From contig CM119372.1 in the NCBI GenBank assembly GCA_051294905.1, positions 33,296,001 through 33,360,000 on the forward strand: a DNA stretch of 64,000 nucleotides, read 5' to 3'. Shown one piece after another: positions 27,283 to 40,174 of the stretch. Each line of letters starts with the position of its first letter. Positions within the stretch are counted from its first letter, which is position 1. Position numbers and translations under genes: made by a program. Origin of the DNA: Botryllus schlosseri. Its lineage: Eukaryota. The notes below the pieces were generated by a model. That model did no database searches and was not told where the DNA came from. It saw only the letters and a program-made list of their open reading frames with translations.

Positions 27283-28835
27283 CAGTGGTTCTTAACCTTG
27301 CACCCAGCGCCCCCAAGGGGGCGCTGGCGATTTTAAAGGGGGGCGGAAACGCTCAGGGGGCGATATGAGGGCGCTGGGCTCAGGGGGGCGGTATGGGGGG
27401 GGGGGGGGGGGGCGCTGGAGAAAAATGGCTTCGCAGTAGATGATGTGGTGATACGACATATCCTTAATGAGTATTCAGAGCAAATTAACACCGAAAACTT
27501 CGTTACATATAGCCTTACATATCGATTTAATTGTCCATGGGCGCCTAAATGACTGACACCGAATGTTCCTGTCTTGGCAATCTGAACCCCAGAAGACGAA
27601 TTCTATCTGGCAGGGAAAAATTATATGTCAGTGAAGAAATACCAATCTGAAATCGTGTGCGTCTTTTAGTTTAGTACGATTGGGCGACAGGGATATTCCT
27701 GTTGGGCGATATCCCCATTGAGCGATTCTATAGTTTTTGATATTGCAGACAGGGAGTCACGAAATAACATCATGCAACGAAGTCATACCAACGGGTTCGC
27801 CCGGCCGAATATGTTTAATTATTAGTAACGGGCCCTACAGTTTCCAAGAAACCTCACAATGTTCGCTTTAAGTTTTGATGAGTATGCGCACACTCAACAA
27901 CTCACTGCGCTGACCCTTGGACAACAGTGCGTAACGACTAAAAAAAGGTAATAACTTCGGATTTGTTGTGCGCAACGTAGATTTTCTGTGCGCAGAGACC
28001 GTGTCAGCACTGCGCACGTGCGCAGCTTAGAGGGAACATTGCACCTCACTCAGCTCTACCGGTAAATGTGTTTACGTGAGCAGAGAGAGGATAAAAATTA
28101 ATCTCCATTTACATGCAATTCCCGATGATATTGACCAATTCAATCATTAATTAGTGAAATTTTTCGCGCTTCGCGCGACTAGGCGAGAATAGCTGCCTCA
28201 GTAAATGGACACCCAATGTAGATACCTAATAGGCTATCAGCAAATAGCGGACAGCCTAATTGGGGTCTGGGAGTGAAGTCCCCCGGAAATTTGGTTTATC
28301 ACCCGATGGGGGCCCAGGACCAACGTTTTTTGTTTTAGGGGGGGGGGCTGACGAAGTACTGTTACGGCCATGATAACGAATAATTGTACCTGCGGGCACA
28401 CCCGAATATGTTTAATTATTAATTACGTGCCCTTTATTTTCATATACCACAGCTCACTCAGTGCTACTGGTAAATCTGATTACGTGGGCTGAGAGGATAA
28501 AAAGTTTATAGCGACTTATATATGTAATTACCACCTATTCATTCATGCATTATAGAAAATTTTGGTACCTCGGGCAACCAGGTCACACAAACTTTGCTGA
28601 CCATCGAAATCACGATATGGGGTTCGTGAGGGCGAAGCCCTCAGAAGTTCGGTTTATCACGCTATGGGGGCGCAAGGCAATCGTTTTTTGGGGGGTTGAC
28701 GAAGTGCTGTTACGGCCCTCTCTTTTAATCGTTGTCTTTATTACATTCCTTACAATATGAAGTTGGGGGGGGGGGGGCTGGAGCACGATAATTTTTGAAA
28801 GGGGGCGCTGGAGGAAAAAAGGTTAAGAACCGCTG
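27283..28835. mobile_element. Non-autonomous hAT element with GGGGGCG subterminal repeats and an internal duplication
   Basis: TIR CAGTGGTTCTTAACCTT / AAGGTTAAGAACCGCTG; perfect TSD GACTAAAG. Internal block ccgaatatgtttaattatt...gacgaagt.ctgttacggcc is duplicated (~27805-28370 and ~28402-28718). Confidence 0.92.
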
Positions 28836-29066
28836 GACTAAAGCATCCAATACAACCTCCGATGATGCTAGGAATATATCGTTCTCTTGTAATTGCGTAT
28901 ACTGTTAGACTCAGTTCTGTAAATTATGCGTATTTTGTTTATTGTTATTTTTTGTTCATTTTATTTTTCGGAATGATACCCAATCAAAATATTTAGTGAC
29001 TCTAGACCGCAGAAAGCACACAGAAAAATTTCAAGTTGACTAAATTTGCTCCCAAATACTATACTT

Positions 29067-30947
29067 CAGTGCTTTTCAACCTTTTTGAGCTCCATTCGCA
29101 CTTAAAAAAAAAAAATTCATTCGCACAAACTAATCGAAAATTGTTATACAAAATGGAAATGAAGCTACTTAACAACATTTTGTTCAGATGTGCAACAAAT
29201 TGACTACACGATTTGCTTTCAACTATTTCACTAAAACCCTTCCCGGCCAAACAATGTTGTTATGGGAATTTGTACAAGAACGGCTACTAGTGCTTGGATG
29301 GCCAGGTCTTAAAATCTGTACTGCACTCCTATCCAAAATACAGCGTATTTTTTTGCGAGTGAAAAATGCTTGCTGGCAAAAATCGTTTTTGCGAGCTGAC
29401 ACAAAGGTCCCGGAGGCTTCAATTTGTCGAAAGGATGAAAAACCCACATGTTTGTGTTGAGGCGTTTGCCTGATGTCTTTGGAACACAAGGTGCAAAACG
29501 ATCAAGGAGAGTAGGCACATTAAAGCTCGCTACCTGATGATACGTTGCTCCAACTTCTGTCTCGCGAGTATATGAAAACAGCAAATTGACTCACGATACT
29601 GTGTGCTCTGCTCTTTAGCTCAATCTAACTTGAGAATTCATAACAGTTTAATAACGGTAAAGCAGCTTTTAGACTACCACCAAAATCTAAGTTTTTGTGG
29701 CATCTCGCAACCCAAGCCTCACCCATGAAAAGGAATTCATTTTTAATATTCCAGTTATATGCTACGATTTTATGGGCATGTATGATATACAGAACGCGTA
29801 CACCACAATTCTACCCAACACATCTCTACAAAACATGTCTGACGCACGTGATTTCAAATTAGGGCGAATTAAATTCCTCTGCGTATCGCAGTCGAACTAC
29901 TGTCTACTCAGATTGCAAGAACGGGACTATTCCGTGCCGACAACGGAGCATATCCATCTCGAAAGGTTTGGCCATCGAGCATAGGTCATTTTTAGACCGA
30001 GGTTTTGTCGCCGCTTATGTTTTTAGCACTGCATTTTATCAGCGGTTTGTTCGCCGAAATTTTACGTCTTCATGTGCCCCGACGCAGAAGGGGTTGGCCT
30101 CGAAATGAATGAGCCTCATTGGCCCGAACTCGCTCGTTGCACACCCCTACACTACTTCATCCCAACGCTATTGACCATGTTTTCCAGAAAAAACAGTCGG
30201 ACAAATTTTATGATGAATTCTCATGATAAAGCCATATTTTCTGGGTGTCTCGCTCATTGGCGACAGTACCCAATACAGTGACCTTGGATATGTAAAAACT
30301 ATCGTAGGATTTTTTGCAATAAATTCATTAAATAATACATACATATTAACAGATAGCTCTGGCACCGTGTCGACCCAAAATTATACCCTTTGCGGTCCAT
30401 ACTTTAATAACCTTTGAAGGGGTAAAAATTTGCGTTACTGTAACTTGCAAATGTGAGTCTGTAATGATGGTATTTATTGCTATCCTTGTGCCTCGTGCTA
30501 TAATCGAACAGTTATTACGAAAATATGATGATTGTTTAGCGAAAGAAAGGAGAAAGTCAATTTTACGTAATTTTTCAGCCTGTCGCAGGCTCAGACGGGC
30601 TGATAGGTTGTATGTCTGCCACTACGCCAGCTTCCAAACTAGGCTTTTGGTTACGTGATAATTATAATGAGAGAATATTAATTCAATACAGCTTGTGAGA
30701 GCTACGATTAGTCGTGCGACGTATTGAGTTTTTACAATTGCGTCGCAACTACAACAGTTATACTGATCTTAAATTTCTTATTAGGTTTATTTGAATTATT
30801 CCACGTCAGAAAAATTAACAATTCTTCACGATTTTCATTCGCACTTGATCCGGATTTTCATTCGCACCATTCGCACCACTCGTCATTCGCACTGCAATTT
30901 TTTTCATTCGCACATGTGCGAACCGTCACACAGGTTGAAAAGCACTG
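29067..30947. mobile_element. Non-autonomous hAT element X (TGCGAA subterminal repeats), copy 1
   Basis: TIR CAGTGCTTTTCAACCT; TSD CTATACTT/CTCTACTT. Confidence 0.92.
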
Positions 30948-31443
30948 CTCTACTTTATGCTAATATAAGAACATATTGTTTTCCCCCCATTTGATCTCCC
31001 TCAAATTCGGACCTTCGGCGCGCGGCAGGTCCATTTCAATCCTTACCTATCTTTACGACCGCTTCGCGCTCCCGGACATTCAGAATATATGCTGTCTCTA
31101 TTATAGCTCTAATGTTCGAAGTCATATAAAACTAAATGAGATACAAATTTGTTATTACTTAATAAAATATGACGATTTCGTCCTTAATCGTAGGATTATT
31201 CACCCCTGGTTCGGTGCAGATGCAGTGTTGGGATGACTCGAGTCACCTTTTTCGTATGACTTGACTTGACTCGAGTCACTTTGCTAAAATGACTTGACTC
31301 GACTTGACTCGGCGTATCAGAAATGTAGATTGACTCGTCACTCGGAGCAAAATTCACGAGTCAATTTCAAGTCATCAAGTAATCGGTGTCGATGAAAATC
31401 ACTGTATCTTGCATATGTTCGGATTGTTCGCGATACGCTAGTG

Positions 31444-33682
31444 CAGTGCTTTTCAACCTGTGTGACGGTTCGCACTTGTGCGAATGAAAAAAATTGCAGT
31501 GCGAATGACGAAGGTAGTGCGAACAGTGCGAATGAAAATCCGGATCAAGTGCGAATGAAAATCGTGATTAATTGTTAACTTTTCTGACTCGGAATAATTC
31601 AAATAAACCTAAACGGAAATTTAGGATCAGTGTAACTTTTGTAGTTGAGACGCAATTGTAAAAACTTTATACGACGTAGCTCTTACAAGCCGTAGTGAAT
31701 TAATATTCTCACACTATAATTATTACGTAACCAAAAGCCTGGTTTGGAAGCTGGTGTAGTGGAAACAGAGATCTCTACAATCTCTATAGTGGCAGACATA
31801 CAGTATATCAGCCCTTCAGAGCCTGCGACAGGATGGCAAAATGATGTCAGATTGACTGTCTGCTTTCTTTCGCTAAACAATCATCATATTTTCGTAATAA
31901 CTGTTCGATTAGCGCGAGGTACGAGGATGGTAGTAAATACCATCATTACAGACTCACCTTTGCAAGTTTACTGTGACGCAAATTTTCACCCCTTGATGGG
32001 GTAAAGTATAATTCTCGGTCGACACGGTGCCAGAGCTATCTGTTAACAATATGTATCTAATATTTAATGAATTTATTGTAAAAAATCCTGCGATCGTTTT
32101 CATATATCCAAGGTCACTGTGTTGGGTACTGAAGCCAATAAACGAGACGCACATTAAATGTGGCTTTATCATGAGAATTCATGGTCAGATTTGTCCGACT
32201 TTTTTTTTCTTCTGGAAAACATGGTCGAAGACCGTTGGGATGGACTTGTGTAGGGGTGTGCAACGAGCGAGTTCAGGCCTATCAGACTCATTCATTTCGA
32301 GGCCAACCCCTCTGCGTCGGGGTACATAAAGCCGTAAAGTTTTGGCGAACAAACCGCTGATAAAATGCGGTTCCAAAAACATATGCGGCGACAAAACCTC
32401 GGTCTAAAAATGATCGATACTGGATGGCCTAACCTTTCGAGATGGGTTGGATATGCTCCGTTTTCGGCACGGAATAGTCGCGTTCTTGCAATCTGAGTAG
32501 ACAGTAGTACAACTGCAAAACGCATAGGAATTTAATTCGTCCTAATTTGAAATCGCGTGCGTCAGACATGTGTTGTAAGCTGTGTTGGTTAGAATTGTGA
32601 TGCGCGCGTTCTGTATGTCACTATGTCATACATGCCCGTAACATCGTAGCATACAACTGTGATATTAAAAATAAATTCCTTTTCATGGGTGAGGCTCGGG
32701 TCGCGAGATGCCACAAAAACTCGGATTTTGGTGGTATAGTCTTAAAGCTGATTTACCCTTATTAAACTGTTATGAATCCTCAAGTTAGATTGGGTTAAAG
32801 AGTAGCCTAGAACACACAGTATCATCAAGTTTGTTTGTTTTTGGGGTATTTATGGTGTTTGTCGACTAGGCCTACTATGGTCATTTACACCAGACCCATA
32901 TTCTGCTTATTTTCCGTAACTGCCGGCTTATAGCACGGCCCTCCTCTAGGCCTTTGTAAGACACCGCTGACGCGGATGAGGCGGCGAGGAGGAGCCTAGG
33001 TAAACCTCTAACACTTAGGTATCGGAATTCGGAAGTCGACCTCGGTCGGACTCGAACCCGCAGCCATTGGTGTGGCAGACACAGTATTATGAGTTATTTG
33101 CTCTTCTCAAAAACTTGCGAGACAGTATAGTTGGACCAACGTATCATCAGGTAGCGAGCTCTAATATGCCTAGGCCTACTCTCCTTGATCATTTTGCACC
33201 TTATGCTCCAATGACATAAGGCAAAAGCCTCAACACAAACATGTAGGTTTTTCATCCTTTCGACAAACTGGAGCCTCGCGGGACCTTTAATTGTGTCAGC
33301 TCTAACTCTCACTCTCACTCTCTGTCTCACTTCACTCATGAAAAATACGCTGTATTTTGGATAGGAGTGCAGAACAGATCTTAAGACCTGGCCATCCAAG
33401 CACTAGTAAACGTTCTTGTACAATACCCAACAACTTGTTTTGCCAAGAACGGTTTCAGTGAAATAATTTGAAGCAAAACGAGCGAGAAAAGTTGCCTTTT
33501 TAATGATACATTGATAGCTTAAGCTACATAGCTATCCAATTTGTTGCACATCTGAACAAAATGTTGTTAAGTGAGCCTATCTTCATCTTCTTTTTGCATA
33601 AAAATTTTCAATTAGTTTGTGCGAATGAAATTTATTTTACAAAAAAAGTGCGAATGGAGATCAAAAAGGTTGAAAAGCACTG
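31444..33682. mobile_element. hAT element X copy 2, inverted relative to copy 1 and nested
   Basis: Same TIR; perfect TSD CGCTAGTG; diverged reverse complement of 29067-30947. Confidence 0.93.
32831..33078 (-). mobile_element. tRNA-SINE family 1 inserted in element X copy 2
   Basis: Absent from copy 1; flanked by direct repeat ACACAGTAT(C/T)AT; B-box GGTTCGAGTCC on the minus strand. Confidence 0.85.
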
Positions 33683-36600
33683 CGCTAGTGTAACCCGCGA
33701 GAGCGACCAATCACTAAATGATCGTGCGTTTTAGTGAGCCTCGATTGTCTCACAAATAAATTGACCGCAAACGAAGTGATCGAAGCTTACAGCCTACGTT
33801 GTCGTAAACTAGTATAGTAAAGTAATTCAATAGCAAAATGTATATTTCTGTACTCTGTTCTTACCTTAACCAAACCTATTGTTTTATTGAAATCGAATAT
33901 TGTTTATTACAGTTCTCAACCATTGGCGCATAAGGCTAGAATTGTATCATATCAATTTGTAAATGGATAATGTATTGCATCTTATCAATTTGATTCTCTA
34001 TTCTCTTGTTTGGCTGATAACTATAAACTGAGGCTATGCTCACGCAGGTTAGCAATTATACGTATATGTGAGCGATACAGCGCCTTCTTGCGTGTATATT
34101 CAACTCTATATTCGTTCATCGGCTCAAAATCAATGACCACTCAATCTGTATTTCCGACACCTATCAAAATGCAATGACGTAATTATGCCTCATACTTCCA
34201 AAAGGCAACTTGACTTGAATTGTGACTTGACTCGTGACTTGACTTGACTTGACTTGACTCGACTTGACTCGAGTCATCTCCAAAATTCGAATGACTTGAC
34301 TTGACTCGAGTCGCCTCCGAAAATCGATTGACTTGACTTGACTCGAGTCAAAATGTGCAATGACTCGAAATGACTCGTGACTTGAAGTTAGTGACTTGAT
34401 CCCATCACTGTTCAGATGTCATATCATTATAGCATACTACGCTGTTGTCACGACAAGTCAGGCGATCTCTTAGGGATGCTAGGCAAGCTTTTATTTTTGA
34501 CTTATACTCTATCATCTCATGACATATGATATTCAGAAAGATCTGCTGTGAAAAGAGCCCATATGTTATGCTCGTACCCTTGCATCCTGGGATTTTAATC
34601 ATGATCGAGGAGATATATGAAGCGGTGAGAACAGGCGATATCTGATCGAACATAACAGTGTTATTGGCATACTAATTGCCGATTATCGCTAATTAGCAGA
34701 TGTAAATAATCATGTCCCTGTGAGTACAGCTAAAGCTAATAAGGATTGCAGTAATGTTAATATTTACGGCACAGCAAATCAATAATGCAGCAGTATGCAT
34801 ATAAATATTCGGATCGCGTTATATATGGTATTCGTATAACAATTATTGCGAATATTAACCCCAAAAGATTATGCCAAATGGGTCAATGTAACGCGTAATC
34901 TGTCTATATATCCTTCTCGACTAGCAGTATAATCCCGTAAAATGACACATAGAATTAAGCAGCCGAGATGACAACGTATTGATCAAGAAATCATGCAATT
35001 TAGATGCTAATCTTGGTTAAAGCCGGTAAAAGGATTAGGAAAATAAATTCACCTTCTGTCCTAAGCCGATTACAATGGATCTGTATTTGCACAAAATTAG
35101 GGTTGACGTATTAACCATCCCCGACAATGCCGCCGCGCTTTTATAGAGCACTGCTGGTTCCTAAACCTGTTTGACTCATCACCCCAAAAAGCTCGAAGAG
35201 ATCAGCAACATAGCAGTTATACTTTCCCGTAGTAGGCTACTCATTCAGATTGCGTTTGCTTATTTCACGAACTCATACAGTTTCATTTGCGTACTATTTC
35301 TATTTCAGCAGCGTTAGATGATGAAGTTTTAATTTTGCGTCTCTAGTATAGTCAAGTGAAGAGCAGTTTTTGAATGTAGTTCAGCAAACGCGTTGCTACG
35401 AAGTTGAGAGAATTAATAAACAAGTTGAATTGGTGTTAGAGCGTGACGAATTTACATGATTCGTTACTTTTCACCTCTCGCGGGCTGGGATGAATCAAGC
35501 ATCGCGCTGCTTTGCTATCAACATTCATCGATTGTAAATTGAATTTAACAAGAAATGAAACAAGTAATTGAATATAATTGACTGAACGTTTTGAAATTTT
35601 TGCACATTTAGCAATATCCCACAATTTCGGAACCACTGATCTAGGGGGAGATGTGGTGCCGATGGATCAAAAATAGCAAAATGCTCTCTGGCCCAAATAT
35701 CTTTAGCCGAAAACAGCAGACCTGTTGCTCGCTCAATACTTTGATCCCAGCTCCAACTACAGCGGATACATACATGAATATCCACATTTAAAAAATATCT
35801 ATGAACGATCAAAATTTGTTGGTGAAACGTATCGTAAAATCGGACAGTTAATCTGTAGGTATGTTTCTCTTATTGCTTGATTAGTTAGTCCAACTATTTT
35901 GCTTGATTTGGCTGTGGTATCATCGGCCTCTACTCTGAAAATTTTGTAATTGAAGTGAAAAAGTCCACTCCTGGATGGTGTTGGATAAAAATATGTGCTT
36001 TTATATAACTTGAAACAAGGCCTACACTTCCCATCAAACTGATTGCTTGTTTGTTCGTGTTGAAGGTTACTAAGAATAATGTATACCTCGTTCGAAATTC
36101 CCTTTACCCCCCCCCCCCCCCCAAATGAAATAAATCTGTCACAGACCCCATATCTCGCGCAGGTATTAGTTATTTGCATGTGAAGAAGGATTCTGACAGC
36201 ATGCAATAGTAACCAAATTCACGGAGTGTAATCATGGGATTAATTATAATGATTACCAATATTAATATTCGATAATAGTTATCATTGAGAATTTTCCTAG
36301 TAATTTCGGCCCCAGTGTGTCATCGGTACAACAACTCCCATGCATGGCATTTGGCATGACTCCTCGCTTAGGAAAATACATGTATTCCCTGGGAGTTGAC
36401 TACGCTCTCCAGTATATCTTTATTTGTCGAAACCTTCCAGTCATATATAGTAACTAATAATGTCGGGAAAATTATTCGAGTAGTCCAATCCAAATCGAGT
36501 ATTAATGGTCGATAGTTAATGGTCCACTGACCCCAAATTAGAAACACCTGCTGTGACTGATAATGTTATCCCACACCTCGATCAAATATAATTTTTGTAC

Positions 36601-37821
36601 CTACTACATTCACTTAAAGTATATTTGCCATGTCTTGGAAATCCCTTTTTCTCGCAATCTAATAAAAATGTATGGAATTAATTTAATTTTTACTGCAGTA
36701 GCAAGTCTAGCAACTCTGTCTACTTCGACGACCTCTGCATATTGCAGAAAAGATCGCAATACTAGAAACATTATGAATTGGAAAACCCCACAAACTTCCG
36801 TCAATGACCACGGATGCCAGAGAATTTTCTGAATCATGTTAGCTATTCTTCGCGCAGAAAAATGACGAACCGTATCAGAGATATCCAATCCAAGATTCCA
36901 TGGCGAAATTGCGTGATGGACAGCATCGTCGCGTCGACACGTATGCAGAACGCGCGGAACGAGGTTAGTTCGCTGGGCGCTTTGTTTGACTCCGTTGGCG
37001 ATACCTTATCAAGTAAACCCCAATTCCTGGCACGTAATACGACATTTAAACGCAAACCAGTTGGTGGTAATGAGTCAAACACACCCAAAAGACATAGGCA
37101 CGTGAGCACGTGATGTGGGCTATGTTGACGTTTAGCACGCTTTTGAGCCTTGGCGTGGTATACGCAACAACACCACCACCGGGCTCGTGAATATGGCATT
37201 GTAATGGGTGAATCTGACTCATTTACATCAAATGACAAGAACGGAAAGTAGGAATTGCGTATACCAGAATTGCTCGCCGACTTGATCTACACCCCGCGTC
37301 ATAGCGAAAACCAGGAGTATCCACAAATTAAAAACCTACTTCGTTTGCAGTGTGTAGCTCAGTGGAAGTCAGTAAGGAAGTGCGTCTACTTTTTCGGAGT
37401 ACTCAAGTATAGGTGTTTCCTACGTGTGCGCTATTTACTCGAGGTGGCTATGTTTTATATTCAACTTATACCTTACAGTTTAGTAGGCAGAACTACTTGC
37501 TTTTGACTGTTTTGATTTTCTAAATTAGTTTTTAGTTTTGGGTATAGTTTTTGTGTCACTTTTGTGGGTCCCTGTATATCAAAGTAACTGTGTACGTTTT
37601 CGAAAATTGCAACGATTTCAAGTAACATTAGTCATTCTCCGCCAGTCAGAGGCTTTCGATATCACTGAAAAGTCTCACAGAAGTTACTCTAACCCGACTT
37701 GAACTCGATACCAAACGGTAAACACTATGACTCGGACTCGATCCGTTGCTCTCTGATATGTAACTCGGAACCTTGTGACTCATGGTTATAACCCGACTAT
37801 TTACATGATTACTGTTCATAC

Positions 37822-40174
37822 CAGGGCTGAGGAGTCGGAGTCGGAGTTTGGCTAATTTTCGCTTGATGGAGTCGGAGTCGTGGAAAAAATACTTACTGGA
37901 GTCGGAGTCGGAGTTTGTGAAAATGACCCTGACTTCGACTCCGACTCCGACTCCAACTTCTTTATCATGAAAAGAATTGCTTTCAAAGATATCTTTAAAT
38001 TACTAAAATTACTAATAATAACTATAAGAGGATTTTTATGTACCACTTTTATTAGTAACGATACAGATCAGGGGCGGCCAGACCGTGTCCCGCAGCCAAA
38101 ATGTGGCCCGCGAGAAGGTTTTGTGTGACCTGCGAGGTATTGTATTGTATTGTATTGATAAGGTACGGCAGTGGTGCTTATAGCCTTATGAGGCTTTGTG
38201 CTCCACGACAATGGCACGATGGCAATTTCAACAGTTCAATGCATACTTTCATGACGACTTTTCTTGCACTCTCTCTTCCACGAATCTGTCACTCTCTGTA
38301 CCATGCACCTTCCTTCATTGGATCATTGCTGCCGACTTTCAAGCTCGGCTCACTGAACTTTCTGGGCTTTTTAAGTCACTGCAATCGCAGTGAGGTCGGC
38401 GATGAGGAGCCCAGATAAACCTCCGACACATGGAAACTTGGTAAAGCCGAAACCCGAACCAACAACCATTGGTGTCGTGACGGTAACTATCGAGATTAGA
38501 TATAACATCAGGAAAAATTGCAAGACCACCAACATTTGATTAGCCTGACCGCGAAATTTGATTATGATTGAAACATCAGTTTCGAATCGTAATCATGGGC
38601 CAGCCACATTCATCGCAGATCTTCGTATATGACCAAAAAGTAGAATATTCCGTAGCAAATTTATTTGACTTGAAATTCTTCTTAGTAGTTAGCATGATCT
38701 ATTGTCACATTTCTTGCAGTTAGTATTGGAAACCCATCTGGAAATTATAAATACGCTTAAGTTACAGAATTGAGTCCAACTATACTCGCAATTAGAAGAT
38801 AACGTGTCATCTAGCATGCGACTTCGCTTGCGCGCTCGAAGCGAGATCGTCGGCGATGAAACATTTGCACAACAGACAGAGTCATGTTCACCGAAACCGT
38901 CGATAGTGCTATGTCTTAAACGCCAAATAATCCTGTCCTTGCCAAATGAGCCCATTGCTATACAGAGGCGACCCCCAATGTATGCAAGTAATATATTTAT
39001 TGATCGAATTCATTCATTACCTACGAAAAAATTTCGTGCTTCGCGCGACCAGGGCATGACTGCACAGCACACTGTACAGTTGCACACGTAGTTTCATGAC
39101 ATCGGCTAATTGTTATCAATTTTAAAGCGTTGTCATCTAAGTCTTGTTTTCAATGTTACCGAAATCGGTTCGTTCCTGTCGGGTTATCAACATTCAAGTT
39201 GCCCGCGCAATGGTTCGTAAATCTCATGTGCCCTTTTGGCCGAAAAGGTTGGACAACCCTGACATAGATAGAATTGGACATTATTTGCAAATTACAATTC
39301 AGTTGCATAGAGGAAGAAAGAAGCAGTATGCATCTTCGCGATGCAGTCTCAAATTGATGCAATTTTTGGAATTATACCATGATATTGTCACATTGTGACG
39401 GAGCAAATATATCGTCTGGTTGTAAAATTGATGTAAATATGACCAACCGCTACTTCCCACTTAACAAAATTAAAAATATCTGTAGTGTAGCTTAGCTGCT
39501 TGGGTCAAACAAATGATCGAAAAAGACTGCAAGTCTTAGTCTTTGAATACTTGACTAAGTGCATGCAGACTAGACATATGCTATTTGACTACCTCCTAAA
39601 TATCGTTTATTACCAATGTCTATTAATAGTGAGAGTGTGTGCGCTTGTAATCAGTACAGTGTGTAATGAGAAAATAAGCAAGATGCATCTCTGTATTAGC
39701 TGCTGACTCATACACAAGAGCAACACTTCTATTGTTTTATCTACATTTTAATTATACAGGATTGGATGTATGCCGTGTTTGAATGATTCATACATATTAG
39801 GTTATTAGAGAGTCCATGTTATAAAAACTGATAAAATATGAAAAAGGGAAGGAAATTTAGAAAGGCAATCTTTCATGCATAATGGATAATTCGAGCTGTG
39901 CCACAATCAACCAATTTCGCATGACATCGTTAATCATATGTTTTCACATGTTTGATGGTTATATGATACTCATTTAACCGTCACTGTGGCATATAATTTC
40001 CGAAGTAAATTGGTAATACTGTTGGAGTCAGGGTTGGAGTCGGAGTCGGAGTCGGAGTCGGTAGTTTTAAAGACTCAGGAGTCGGAGTCTGAGTAGGCAC
40101 GTTTAAAGACTCAGGAGTCGGAGTCGGAGTCGGAGTTGCAGTCGGTGGTAAAATTTAGCGACTCCACAGTCCTG
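37822..40174. mobile_element. Non-autonomous hAT element with (GGAGTC)n subterminal arrays, inserted in an exon of pseudogene B
   Basis: TIR CAGGGCTGAGGAGTCG / CGACTCCACAGTCCTG; perfect TSD GTTCATAC; holds further repeat fragments (hAT end ~38069, SINE piece ~38385-38480). Confidence 0.93.

Larger units (their letters stand above)
31223..34410. mobile_element. hAT MITE, GACTT/GACTC family, split by element X copy 2
   Basis: TIR CAGTGTTGGGAT / ATCCCATCACTG; TSD TGCAGATG/TTCAGATG; the rejoined halves match the intact copy at 47073. Confidence 0.92.
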
